The notes beneath the pieces were generated by a model. The model was not told the origin of the DNA and ran no database searches. It saw only the letters and a list, made by a program, of their open reading frames with translations. A program made the position numbers and the translations under genes. From Dehalococcoidia bacterium (GTDB taxonomy: Bacteria > Chloroflexota > Dehalococcoidia > UBA2979), in assembly GCA_965219085.1 (NCBI GenBank), contig OZ244720.1, forward strand, positions 1,984,001 to 2,048,000: a stretch of 64,000 bases of DNA, written 5' to 3'. Shown piece by piece: positions 1 through 8,660 of the stretch (its first letter is position 1; each line of letters opens with the position of its first letter).

Positions 1-1355
1 CCACTTGTTGCGGTGGTTGTCCCCCCGTGCGCTTCGACTATTGCTCGCGTGATGGCCAGGCCCAGACCCGTGCCGCCGCTCCTGCGACTGCGGGACTCGT
101 CAGTACGGTAGAAGCGGTCGAAGACGTGGGGCAGGTCCGCGGCATGGATGCCGATCCCGTCATCGACGATCGAGATGGCCAGCGCCTCGTCGCCTTCCAA
201 CCCCGCCCTCAGCGCGATGTTGCCGCCGGCGTCGGTGTAGTGAAGCGCGTTGCTCAGGACGTTTCCCAACGCCCGGCTCATGTGCGCCCGGTCGAGGTCC
301 ATGTCCGGGAGGTCAGCGGATACGTGCAGCGACAAGTCAACCTGTCGATTCCGGGCTTGTGGCTGCCAGCGACCCACCTCCGCGGCGAGGAACTCGTGCA
401 TCGAAGTGGCTTCGAGCGTGAGCCTCAACTCGCCATAGTCGGTCTCCGCCAGGGAGTTCAGATCAATGACGAGGCCGCGTAGCCTGTCGACTTCCTGGAT
501 GATCTGCTCGGACGCACGCTCAGGCGTCTGAAGTCCATCGCGTAGCCCCGTTGCCTCCAGCTGGATGACGCTCAGTGGCGTGTTCAGCTCATGGGAGACA
601 TCGCTAATCAGCCGTCTACGCAGGTCGCGCTGAGTCGTCAGTGTGGCCGCCATCCTGTTGAAGGCAGCACTCATCCGCCCCAACTCATCCGAGGATGTGA
701 CCGGGAGCGGGGTCAGGTCCCCCTCCGCAATCGCCTGGGTGGCCTCCGTCAACGCCGTGACGGGCGCCGTGATGCGCCTCGACAACCAGGCGGCCAGCAG
801 CACGGCAACGCCAATGGTGAGGACCCCGCCAATGAGCGTGATGAACAGAAGCGCGTTGAGGAATCCATGCGACTCGGTCGACAGGAACTCACTATTCACA
901 TCCACGTAGACGTGGCCCACGGGCTGATTCGTGGTCAGGTCGAACACCGTTTCGCGATGCCCGTCCAGATCGGGTGCGGCTGTTCCGGGTAACAGTTCGG
1001 ATAGGTTGTCCGTCACCACACGCCCATCGATGCCGGTGACGACGACCCGCACCGGATCCTCGTGGAAGAGCTCGAAGGATTCCCCCTCACCTTCTTCGTG
1101 CCGCTCCCCCTCCGGTGCTCCATCGTAGATGTATCCGGCCTCGGACAGCGGTCTGTGCACGGTCTCCCAGCCGCCGGCAGTGGTGTACTCGAGGCTCAGC
1201 CTCCTGGCCAGGTGGCTCGCCTCGTCATCGCCGATCTCGCTCACGAACGCACTCAGGCGGGACTGCGTGGTCCAATAGCCGACTGCAACGCTGACCGAGA
1301 CGGTCAGGGCGATGGCAAGGACGATCGCACCCATGATCCGCCAGCGCAGCGACAT
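1..1355 (-). CDS. Sensor histidine kinase, HAMP/HisKA/HATPase (BaeS-like); runs off the left edge
   Basis: Manual translation from ATG 1355 (overlaps the regulator stop, TGATG): MSLRWRIMGAIVLAIAL TM segment, H-box ISDVSHELNTPL, N-box LGNVLSNALHY, G-boxes DDDGIG and GGTGLGLAI. No stop inside the window. Confidence 0.9.
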   Translation of the reverse strand, partial: MSLRWRIMGAIVLAIALTVSVSVAVGYWTTQSRLSAFVSEIGDDEASHLARRLSLEYTTAGGWETVHRPLSEAGYIYDGAPEGERHEEGEGESFELFHEDPVRVVVTGIDGRVVTDNLSELLPGTAAPDLDGHRETVFDLTTNQPVGHVYVDVNSEFLSTESHGFLNALLFITLIGGVLTIGVAVLLAAWLSRRITAPVTALTEATQAIAEGDLTPLPVTSSDELGRMSAAFNRMAATLTTQRDLRRRLISDVSHELNTPLSVIQLEATGLRDGLQTPERASEQIIQEVDRLRGLVIDLNSLAETDYGELRLTLEATSMHEFLAAEVGRWQPQARNRQVDLSLHVSADLPDMDLDRAHMSRALGNVLSNALHYTDAGGNIALRAGLEGDEALAISIVDDGIGIHAADLPHVFDRFYRTDESRSRRSGGTGLGLAITRAIVEAHGGTTTATS

Positions 1356-2032
1356 CACTCGTCCTCGACCACGAACTTGTAGCCCGCACCGTAGACGGTC
1401 TGAATGGGCTGGCTGCCATGGCGGCCGATCTGCTTGCGCAGTCGAGCGACCTGGCTGTCGATGGCGCGGTCGAACCCGTGGAATCGGCGGTTGGAGGTCA
1501 GCGAGATGAGCTGATCACGGCTGAGCACCTGGTTGGGGTGACGCATGAACGTTGAGAGCAGCGCGATCTGCGCTTGGCTCAACGTCACGGGTTCGTCATT
1601 GACCGTCACGCTCCGCGTGGTCTCGTTCAGCGTGATGTGGTCGCACGTGAGGACCTGCTGCACCCTGCCCTTGACGCGACGAAGCACGGCGTTCGCGCGC
1701 GCAACGACCTCCTCCGGATCGAAGGGCTTGACGATGTAGTCGTCGGCGCCGCTATCCAGCCCGATGACGCGCTCGGCGTGGCCATCTCTGGCCGTCAGCA
1801 TGATGATTGGAACGTCCGACTCGCGGCGCAGGATCCTGCATAGCTCCACGCCGTCGAGACCAGGAAGCATGAGATCGAGGACTATCAGGTCGGGAGCGAG
1901 CTGACGTGCCAGGGCCAGACCGGACTCGCCGTCATGGGTAACGTCGGCGGAGAACCCGGCGCGCTCGAGGTACACCTTCACCCAGTTCGCGATCCTCGGA
2001 TCGTCTTCGACGATCAATACGGTGCCGCTCAC
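1355..2032 (-). CDS. OmpR/PhoB-family response regulator
   Basis: LIVEDD, LDLMLPGLDG, GADDYIVKPF, C-terminal TVYGAGYKF. GTG 2032 has GGAGG RBS at 2040-2044. Confidence 0.93.
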   Translation of the reverse strand: MSGTVLIVEDDPRIANWVKVYLERAGFSADVTHDGESGLALARQLAPDLIVLDLMLPGLDGVELCRILRRESDVPIIMLTARDGHAERVIGLDSGADDYIVKPFDPEEVVARANAVLRRVKGRVQQVLTCDHITLNETTRSVTVNDEPVTLSQAQIALLSTFMRHPNQVLSRDQLISLTSNRRFHGFDRAIDSQVARLRKQIGRHGSQPIQTVYGAGYKFVVEDE

Positions 2033-2163
2033 AGCGAGTCCTCCGCGGGGCCATCCTCGACGCGATGCCTCATGGAGCCACCGCGGATTCCTGCCGGATG
2101 CGCCCACGGTCGGATGATCTCACGTGCAGTCTCGACGTCGCCCTCGGGTGAGTCCGATCGGCT

Positions 2164-3294
2164 CTAGTCGCCACCCGAGCGCTCGCCGCCACTACCGTGT
2201 TCGCCGCCAGACTCCCCGTCGCTCCCATGCTCGCCGCCCGACTCGCCGCCCTCACCTCCCCCGCCGACCTCGGCATGTGCCGTCCATCCAGTGAAGGATG
2301 CCGACGTCGCAGGCAGGTTGATCGAGACCACCTCGCCCGGAGCCATGTCCGTCGGAGTCGTCGGACCGAGTTCCGTTCCGTTCGAGAGGTGGACTTCGAC
2401 CCTGACCCGGTTCAGGACGCCGTTGGTCGTGTTCTCGACCGTGCCCTTGAAGGAGTTGCTCGGAGCGTCGTACTTCAGGATCAGTCGGGCGCCGCTGCGG
2501 ACCTCGTCGTGGGTTTCATCGAGTGCCAGGGCATCGGCGCCGCTGTCTTCTTCCTCATCAGAGCCGTGTTCATCGCCGCCTTCGGTACCTTCTTCGCCAC
2601 CGGCGCCACCTTCTTCGCCACCGGCGCCGCCACCCTCTTCGCCACCGGCGCCGTGTTCACCGCTGCCTTCGGTACCTTCTTCTCCCGCGTGGGCCGCTGG
2701 GCCGGGACCGTCGCAGTCGAACACCTCCATGTGAACGACGTAGCTATCGAAGGAGACTCCCGCAAGCTTCGGTTCGCTCGCGACTGTCAGGCTTGACCTT
2801 ACGTCCTGTCCCGGGCTCAGGTGTCCCAGCTTGTCGGGGCCGAGCTCTCCCACGGTCTTCGTTCCCGACTTCAGGTGAGGTTCTGCCTGTACGTAGCACA
2901 GGGTGCTTGCGAGCGTGTTCCGCACCGTTCCGTGGACGGACCGGGTTGCTGCGTCGTACCGCATGGAGACGGCCAACCCGCCGAGGACACCGCTCCACGC
3001 CTGTCCGAGGGGCGTGATCGGGCTCGACATGGCGGCTTCTCGGCTCTCTTCATCGCCCTCGGAACCAGAGCCGTGTTCACCGTTGCCTCCGCTCCCTTCT
3101 CCACCGCCGTGCTCATCTCCAGGGTCGCCACCCCCTCGCTCGGAGCTGGCCTGGCTTGCGGTGGAGCGGTCGGAATCCCCGCTGTCCCCGGGTCCGGCGC
3201 CGGCGGTACAGCCGCTGATGATCACCGCAGCGAGCATAGCCGCCAGGACCGGCCCGGCCAGGTGCTTGTTCGTCAGCGGATTCCTCCAGCTCAT
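2164..3294 (-). CDS. Secreted lipoprotein with two related beta-domains (FxLYD-like) and Gly/Glu/His-rich linkers
   Basis: Signal peptide ending in lipobox IISGC. Two internally similar domains (GTVRNT..EPHL..ELGP and GTVENT..EVHL..ELGP) and repeated (G/D)EHG and GGEEG motifs. Confidence 0.75.
   Translation of the reverse strand: MSWRNPLTNKHLAGPVLAAMLAAVIISGCTAGAGPGDSGDSDRSTASQASSERGGGDPGDEHGGGEGSGGNGEHGSGSEGDEESREAAMSSPITPLGQAWSGVLGGLAVSMRYDAATRSVHGTVRNTLASTLCYVQAEPHLKSGTKTVGELGPDKLGHLSPGQDVRSSLTVASEPKLAGVSFDSYVVHMEVFDCDGPGPAAHAGEEGTEGSGEHGAGGEEGGGAGGEEGGAGGEEGTEGGDEHGSDEEEDSGADALALDETHDEVRSGARLILKYDAPSNSFKGTVENTTNGVLNRVRVEVHLSNGTELGPTTPTDMAPGEVVSINLPATSASFTGWTAHAEVGGGGEGGESGGEHGSDGESGGEHGSGGERSGGD
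2563..2682. repeat. Tandem 21-24 bp repeats plus a ~33 bp direct repeat encoding the Gly/Glu/His linker
   Basis: ccttcttcgccaccggcgcca-like units x3; gccgtgttca..gccttcggtaccttcttc occurs twice. Confidence 0.7.
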
Positions 3295-3516
3295 CTCGTT
3301 TCGCCTCTTTCGTGAGGTATCCCGATTCCTACTCACGATAGCGATGAAATGTCGCGGGAATATGTCTTCGCAGCCGGTGAGCACACGCCTGGCCGTGCTC
3401 CAGGGCCACCGGAGTCGAAAAGCAGGACGCTATGGGCCAGCGCGCGCCGGGCCCAGTCACCTCGCCCACCGCAGCGCGCCATTACCTATGATGGCCGCGC
3501 CGTCGAGGGGGTGGCG

Positions 3517-4320
3517 ATGCCCGAGTTCGAGACGATTCGCTTCGAGGTCGAGGGGCCGCGCGCGACGATCACGCTCAACCGCCCGGAGCGCATCAACGCC
3601 TTCAACGGCGCCATGGAGCGCGAGATGCGCGACGCCTGGACGATCGTGCGCGACAGCGACGCGATCCGCGTCGTGGTGCTGACCGGCGCAGGCGATCGCG
3701 GCTTCTGCTCCGGCGTCGACCGCCGCGCCGAGGACGGCGAGCGCCTCTCCCAGCAGTTGGCGACGAACCTGTGGAACCGCGAGGATGCCGGCGCGTTCCT
3801 CGGGCCGAAGAGCAACCGCGTCTACAAGCCGGTCATCAGCGCCGTCCACGGCATCGCCTGCGGCGGCGCGTTCTACATGCTCGGCGAGTCCGACATCATC
3901 GTCGCCTCCGAGGACGCCACCTTCTTCGACCCCCACACGACGTACGGTCTGACCGCGGTCTTCGAACCAATCCTCGCGCGGCAGTGGCTCCCCTACGGCG
4001 AGGTGATGCGCATGGTGCTGCTCGGCAACGACGAGCGGATCAGCGCACGGCGCGCGCTCGAACTCGGGTTCGTGACCGATGTCGTGACCCGCGAGCAGTT
4101 GCTGCCGGCCGCCTACGGACTCGCCGAGCGCATCGCCGCGAAGCCACCGGCCGCCGTGCAGGGCAGCATCTACGCGCTCTGGCAGAGCCTCTCGCTGCCG
4201 CTCGGCGCCGCGATCCAGCAAGGCATGCCACTCACCGACATCGGCAACGCGGCGGTGCGTCCCGAGGAGGTCACGGCCACCTTCGGGGCGGGCGCGGACC
4301 GTACGTTCCGCGTGCGCTGA
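3517..4320 (+). CDS. Enoyl-CoA hydratase/isomerase (crotonase) family protein
   Basis: TITLNRPERINA, LTGAGDRGFCSGVD, KPVISAVHGIACGGA. Confidence 0.9.
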   Translation: MPEFETIRFEVEGPRATITLNRPERINAFNGAMEREMRDAWTIVRDSDAIRVVVLTGAGDRGFCSGVDRRAEDGERLSQQLATNLWNREDAGAFLGPKSNRVYKPVISAVHGIACGGAFYMLGESDIIVASEDATFFDPHTTYGLTAVFEPILARQWLPYGEVMRMVLLGNDERISARRALELGFVTDVVTREQLLPAAYGLAERIAAKPPAAVQGSIYALWQSLSLPLGAAIQQGMPLTDIGNAAVRPEEVTATFGAGADRTFRVR

Positions 4321-4435
4321 GGACAGCGTGATTCGGCAGGCCGGCGGCGACGGCTCGCTGCGTCGCCGCACATCGATGTGAGTTCGCGGCTGTCGCGAAG
4401 GGCGGACACCGTCCGCGGGTACGCAGGGGGACGCG

Positions 4436-4807
4436 GTGGTCACGATCGGCGACATGTTCCACGTCATCCACATCTACGACGAGCTCCAGCCGCTCGACGA
4501 CTGGTACGACAGGATCTTCGCGCCCAGGCGCTCGATGCTGGGCAACTACAGCGCGACCGAGAAGCGCGACGCCTCGCTCTGCTACATCAGCGACTTCTGC
4601 ATGGAGACGATGGCCCCGGCGCACCGGGTCGCGGGCGCGGGGGACATGCCGGTCGGCCGGTTCCACCGGCGCTTCGGCAACCACCTGCACTCGATCGCGT
4701 GGTTCGTCAGCGACGGCATGCCCGAGCTCTTCGGGCGGTTGCAGGACGCCGGCGTGCGGCTCTTCACCGACGGGGGCGGCGCCGCGACCGACATCTCGGT
4801 GCCCTGA
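4436..4807 (+). pseudogene. VOC/glyoxalase-family protein, single domain, possibly truncated
   Basis: FHVIH ... METMAP ... HLHSIAWFV pattern of one VOC domain; ends abruptly after 123 aa. Confidence 0.5.
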
Positions 4808-4888
4808 TCACCGGTCCTGCCGCGCGAGCACAGCTCCCGAAGACACCGCGAGGGAGCTCCCGATGATCGCCCAGGCCAGGGCTGTCCG

Positions 4889-5660
4889 ATGACCCACGAG
4901 ATCGCCCTGGTCGTGATCGCGGTCTTCCTCGCCTCGGTCGTCGAGGCAGTGGAGGCGCTGACCATCGTGCTGGCGGTCGCTCACCACCGGCTGGCGGACC
5001 GCGCTGCTCGGGGCGGGCCTGGCCGTGCTCGCGCTCGTGCTCGTCGTGTTCGCGCTGGGGCCGGCGCTCGTGCGCGTGATCCCGATCGACAGCCCGCAGG
5101 TGACGATCGGCGTGCTGCTGCTCATCTTCGGGCTGCAGTGGCTCCGCAAGGCGATCCTGCGGGCGTCCGGCATGCGGGCTCAGCACGACGAGGCGGCGAT
5201 CTTCGAGGAGGAGGTCGCGCTCCTCAGCAGCGCCGCCGCAACGCCTTCCCGGCGCGACATCGACTGGACCGGCTTGGTCGTGTCGTTCAAGGGCGTCTTC
5301 CTCGAAGGACTCGAGGTGGCGTTCATCGTGCTGACGTTCGCCGCCAACCGGGAGCACACGCTGGGCTGGAGCGCCCTCGGCTCCGTGCTCGCGTTCGTGC
5401 TCGTGGCGACGATCGGCGTCGCGGTGCACCGGCCGCTCACGCGCGTACCCGAGAACACGATCAAGTTCACGGTCGGGCTGATGCTCGTGGCCTTCGGCAC
5501 GTTCTGGGGCGGCGAGGGCATCGGCATCGAATGGACGCTCGGCGACTGGACGATCCTGCTGCTCACGGGCCTCTACACGCTGGTCGCGTGGTTGATGGTC
5601 ATCACCCTCACGCGCGGCGGCTCCGCCGTCGCCGCACGCTCCGTCGAGGCGGCATCGTGA
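4889..5660 (+). CDS. COG4280-like integral membrane protein (ExxE/EGLE motifs), frameshift near 4980
   Basis: N-terminus FLASVVEAVEALTIVLAV in one frame; continues as TTGWRTALLG...FKGVFLEGLEVAFIV...VPENTIKFTVG in the 5025..5660 frame. Confidence 0.75.
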
Positions 5661-6046
5661 GCGGCGCCGCGAAGTACGCCGTGGCGTTCGCCCGGTTCTG
5701 GTACGACTTCATCGTCGGTGACTCGGTCGTGCTGGCGATCGGCGGGGCGGGGGCGATCGGAATCGGGGCGTTGCTCGCGCACAACAACGCGGCCGCCATC
5801 GCCGAGCCCTTGCTCCCGGCCGTGGTCATCGCCACGCTCGCGATCAGCCTGCGCGGTCTTCGCCGCCAGGACGCCTCTGTCCGGGGAACCGAGCGCCGGC
5901 CGAGCGCCGCCATCGACGAGTCCGAGTCCCCCTACGAGGTTGCTGAAGTAACGTCCTCGGAGGCAGGAGCGGCGCAGGGTGGCGTGAAGCCGCGCCCGGG
6001 TCGACGGAGACTGTCGTGGCGGCCGAGCCTCCACGTACCGTGGTGA
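5657..6046 (+). CDS. Small membrane protein coupled to the COG4280-like gene
   Basis: GTGA overlap with upstream stop; FARFWYDFIVGD followed by two hydrophobic helices. Confidence 0.6.
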   Translation: MSGAAKYAVAFARFWYDFIVGDSVVLAIGGAGAIGIGALLAHNNAAAIAEPLLPAVVIATLAISLRGLRRQDASVRGTERRPSAAIDESESPYEVAEVTSSEAGAAQGGVKPRPGRRRLSWRPSLHVPW

Positions 6047-6053
6047 GAACTCC

Positions 6054-8504
6054 CTACTCGAGCACCATGGGCGTCTCCGAGTCGACGACGCCCTGCTCGC
6101 GCAGTTCGGCGATCTCCGCCTCGGAGCACCCGATCTCGGCCAGAATCGAGTCGGTGTCCTGCCCGGCGTAGGTGCCGCCGCCGAAGCGGTCGGGCGCGGC
6201 GGAGAAGCGCACGGTCGGGCCCCAGCGCTGCGCGCGGCCGAAGACGGGGTGCTCGGCCTCGACGACGAGACCGCTGGCGCGCATCTGCTCGTCGCTGCGG
6301 TAGAACTCGCCCGGCGTGTCCGCGCTCGCCTCCACGCACCCTACCCCGCGCGGCACCAGCAACTGCTCCCATTCGAGGACCTTGCGGGTCGCGAACAGCT
6401 CCGCGAGCGCCCCGGAGAGGGCAGCGTCGTGTTCGCGGCGTCCGGCCGCGCTGGCGAAGCGCTCGTCGCCGCCGAGGTCGGACCGCTCGGTCGCCGCGCA
6501 GAGCTCGGCCCACGCCGCGTCGTCGCGCACGGCGAGGAACACCCAGCCGTCGGACGCGCGGTACAACCGATAACAGGCGTCGGTGCCGTACAACTCGGCG
6601 TCGAGGGTGGGTCGATCGGGCTTCCCCGCGTAGCTCACGAAGTCGTCGAAGTTCGCGTAGGCGTTGGCCCCGAGCATACTCAGGAACGCCTGCTGACCGC
6701 GTCCCGTTCGGCGTCTGGCTTGCAGACCGAGCAGTACCGACGACGCGACCGCCATCGAGGTGTTCGGGTCGGGATTCGCCTCGTTTGCCCGGTAGAACTG
6801 GCGCGCGGCCTCACGGAGTCCGTCGAGCGAGTCGGTGTCCGGTGGCCAGTCTCGACCCGCCTGCATGAGCGCGCCACCATCGACGGCGCCGGGGATGGGG
6901 TGCGCTGCGGGCCGCCGCGCTGCCGGTCCAAGCGGGCCGTAGCCGTTCACGGAGAGGTGCACGATGCCCGGCTGCAGCTCGCGCGCCCGCTCAAACCCGA
7001 TGCCAAGGCGCTCGGGCACGCCGGGGCGGTAGTTGTGCACCACCGCGTCACTGCGTTCGATCAGCCGCGCGACGATCTCCTGACCGCGCGGGTTCTTGAG
7101 GTCGATGCAGATGCTCTCCTTGCCCGCCGTGGTCTTCGAGGAAACCAGGTACATGCCGAGGCCCACGCCCATCGTGCGCATCGGGTCGCCGCCGTTCGTC
7201 GGCTCGATCTTGATGACGCGGGCGCCCATGTCCGCGAGCAGCGCGGTGCCGAGCGGCGCGGCGATGATCGTCGCGAACTCGAGGATCGTGATGCCGGCCA
7301 GCGGATGCTGTGCCTCGCTGTGCGCGCCGTTCACGCTCGGCGGAGCCGCGGGCGCCTCTGCGAGCACCTGATCGGTGTGCTGGCCGGGCTCGGCGACGAC
7401 GCCTGTCGGCTCGGCCGGCGTTTCGAGCAGCCGCACGACGGGGCCGAGTTGGCGGACGGAGCCGAGTGTTGGATGGTCGAGATCGACGACCTCGCCGTTC
7501 GCGACCATGTCGGGGTTGGACAGCGCCTCCTGCGCGGTCCCCACCCAGTCCGCGGCGACGTTGCCGTTGTCGTGGAAGCGCTGCATCCACTCGGCCGCCG
7601 GCCGCTCGCGGGCGCGCTCCAGCATGAGGTTGCGCACCTCTTCCGTCGCCTCCGGGTCGAGGCCGCGGGGGGCGGCGGAGTAGCGCGGATTGGCGTGCAC
7701 CTCATCGGTCAGTTCGAGCGCCACGATCGAAGCGTGGAAGAGGTGCTCGAGCAGGTTTGCGAACTGAATCCAGCGCCCGTCCGACGCCATGATCGGCTGG
7801 TAGCCGAGCGTCGGCATGGAGGTCGCCGTGAGCGCACCGAACGGGTCGCCCTCGAACTGATCGGGATAGCGCTCGATGAGCTGCGAGCGCACCAGCGTGG
7901 CGAGGTCGTACGGGAACATGCCCTGCAGCAGGCTTGTCTCCACCAGCTGCCCTCGCCCGGTGCGGTCGCGCGCGAGCACGGCGGCGAGGATCCCGCTGAG
8001 CGCGGACTGGGCGGCGGCGTGTGTCTCAGCGCGGACGGCCGGGAACGCCGGTCCCTCGCGGTCCTGGATGCCGGTGAACTGCTGCATGCGGCCGGACTTC
8101 GCGGCAACGAGCGCAGCATCAGCGGGGTAGTCGGCGTACGGTCCGCGCGGGCCCCAGGCGGTAACCCAGCAGTAGATGAGCGCCGGGTTGATGGCCTCCA
8201 GCGTCGCGTAGTCGATCCCCAGCCGCGCAACCTCGGCCGGGCTGTGCGAGACCACGACGGCGTCCACCCCGCCCAGGAGTGCGAAGAGGCGCTGGCGGTC
8301 CTCGGTGCGCTCCAGGTCCAGCGTCACGCTGCGCTTGCCGCGCAGCCACATGGGGGCCGCCGCATCGGTGCGGTGCGGGTCGCCCCCGGGGGGCTCGATC
8401 TTGATGACGTCGGCGCCGTAGTCGGCGAGCACCATCGTCGCGAGTCCGCCGGCGGGCCCGGAGGAAAGGTCGAGGATTCGCAGGTCGTCGCATGGGCCGG
8501 GCAT
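6054..8504 (-). CDS. Family III (CaiB/BaiF) CoA-transferase, fused double domain
   Basis: Two copies of LRILDL/ITILEF..LADxGAxVIKIEP; 816 aa. Confidence 0.92.
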   Translation of the reverse strand: MPGPCDDLRILDLSSGPAGGLATMVLADYGADVIKIEPPGGDPHRTDAAAPMWLRGKRSVTLDLERTEDRQRLFALLGGVDAVVVSHSPAEVARLGIDYATLEAINPALIYCWVTAWGPRGPYADYPADAALVAAKSGRMQQFTGIQDREGPAFPAVRAETHAAAQSALSGILAAVLARDRTGRGQLVETSLLQGMFPYDLATLVRSQLIERYPDQFEGDPFGALTATSMPTLGYQPIMASDGRWIQFANLLEHLFHASIVALELTDEVHANPRYSAAPRGLDPEATEEVRNLMLERARERPAAEWMQRFHDNGNVAADWVGTAQEALSNPDMVANGEVVDLDHPTLGSVRQLGPVVRLLETPAEPTGVVAEPGQHTDQVLAEAPAAPPSVNGAHSEAQHPLAGITILEFATIIAAPLGTALLADMGARVIKIEPTNGGDPMRTMGVGLGMYLVSSKTTAGKESICIDLKNPRGQEIVARLIERSDAVVHNYRPGVPERLGIGFERARELQPGIVHLSVNGYGPLGPAARRPAAHPIPGAVDGGALMQAGRDWPPDTDSLDGLREAARQFYRANEANPDPNTSMAVASSVLLGLQARRRTGRGQQAFLSMLGANAYANFDDFVSYAGKPDRPTLDAELYGTDACYRLYRASDGWVFLAVRDDAAWAELCAATERSDLGGDERFASAAGRREHDAALSGALAELFATRKVLEWEQLLVPRGVGCVEASADTPGEFYRSDEQMRASGLVVEAEHPVFGRAQRWGPTVRFSAAPDRFGGGTYAGQDTDSILAEIGCSEAEIAELREQGVVDSETPMVLE

Positions 8505-8660
8505 GAGGTGTCCTTCCGCGCACGCTGCATCATAAGCGAGTGTGGTATAGCTTAATCCGCACTGGAGATGGAATTACGCTCCGGTACTGGCCTATGGCAA
8601 TAGAACCGCTCGACCAGCGATCGGCGCCCAGAGGCCACGAGAGGCACGGGGGACCACACC

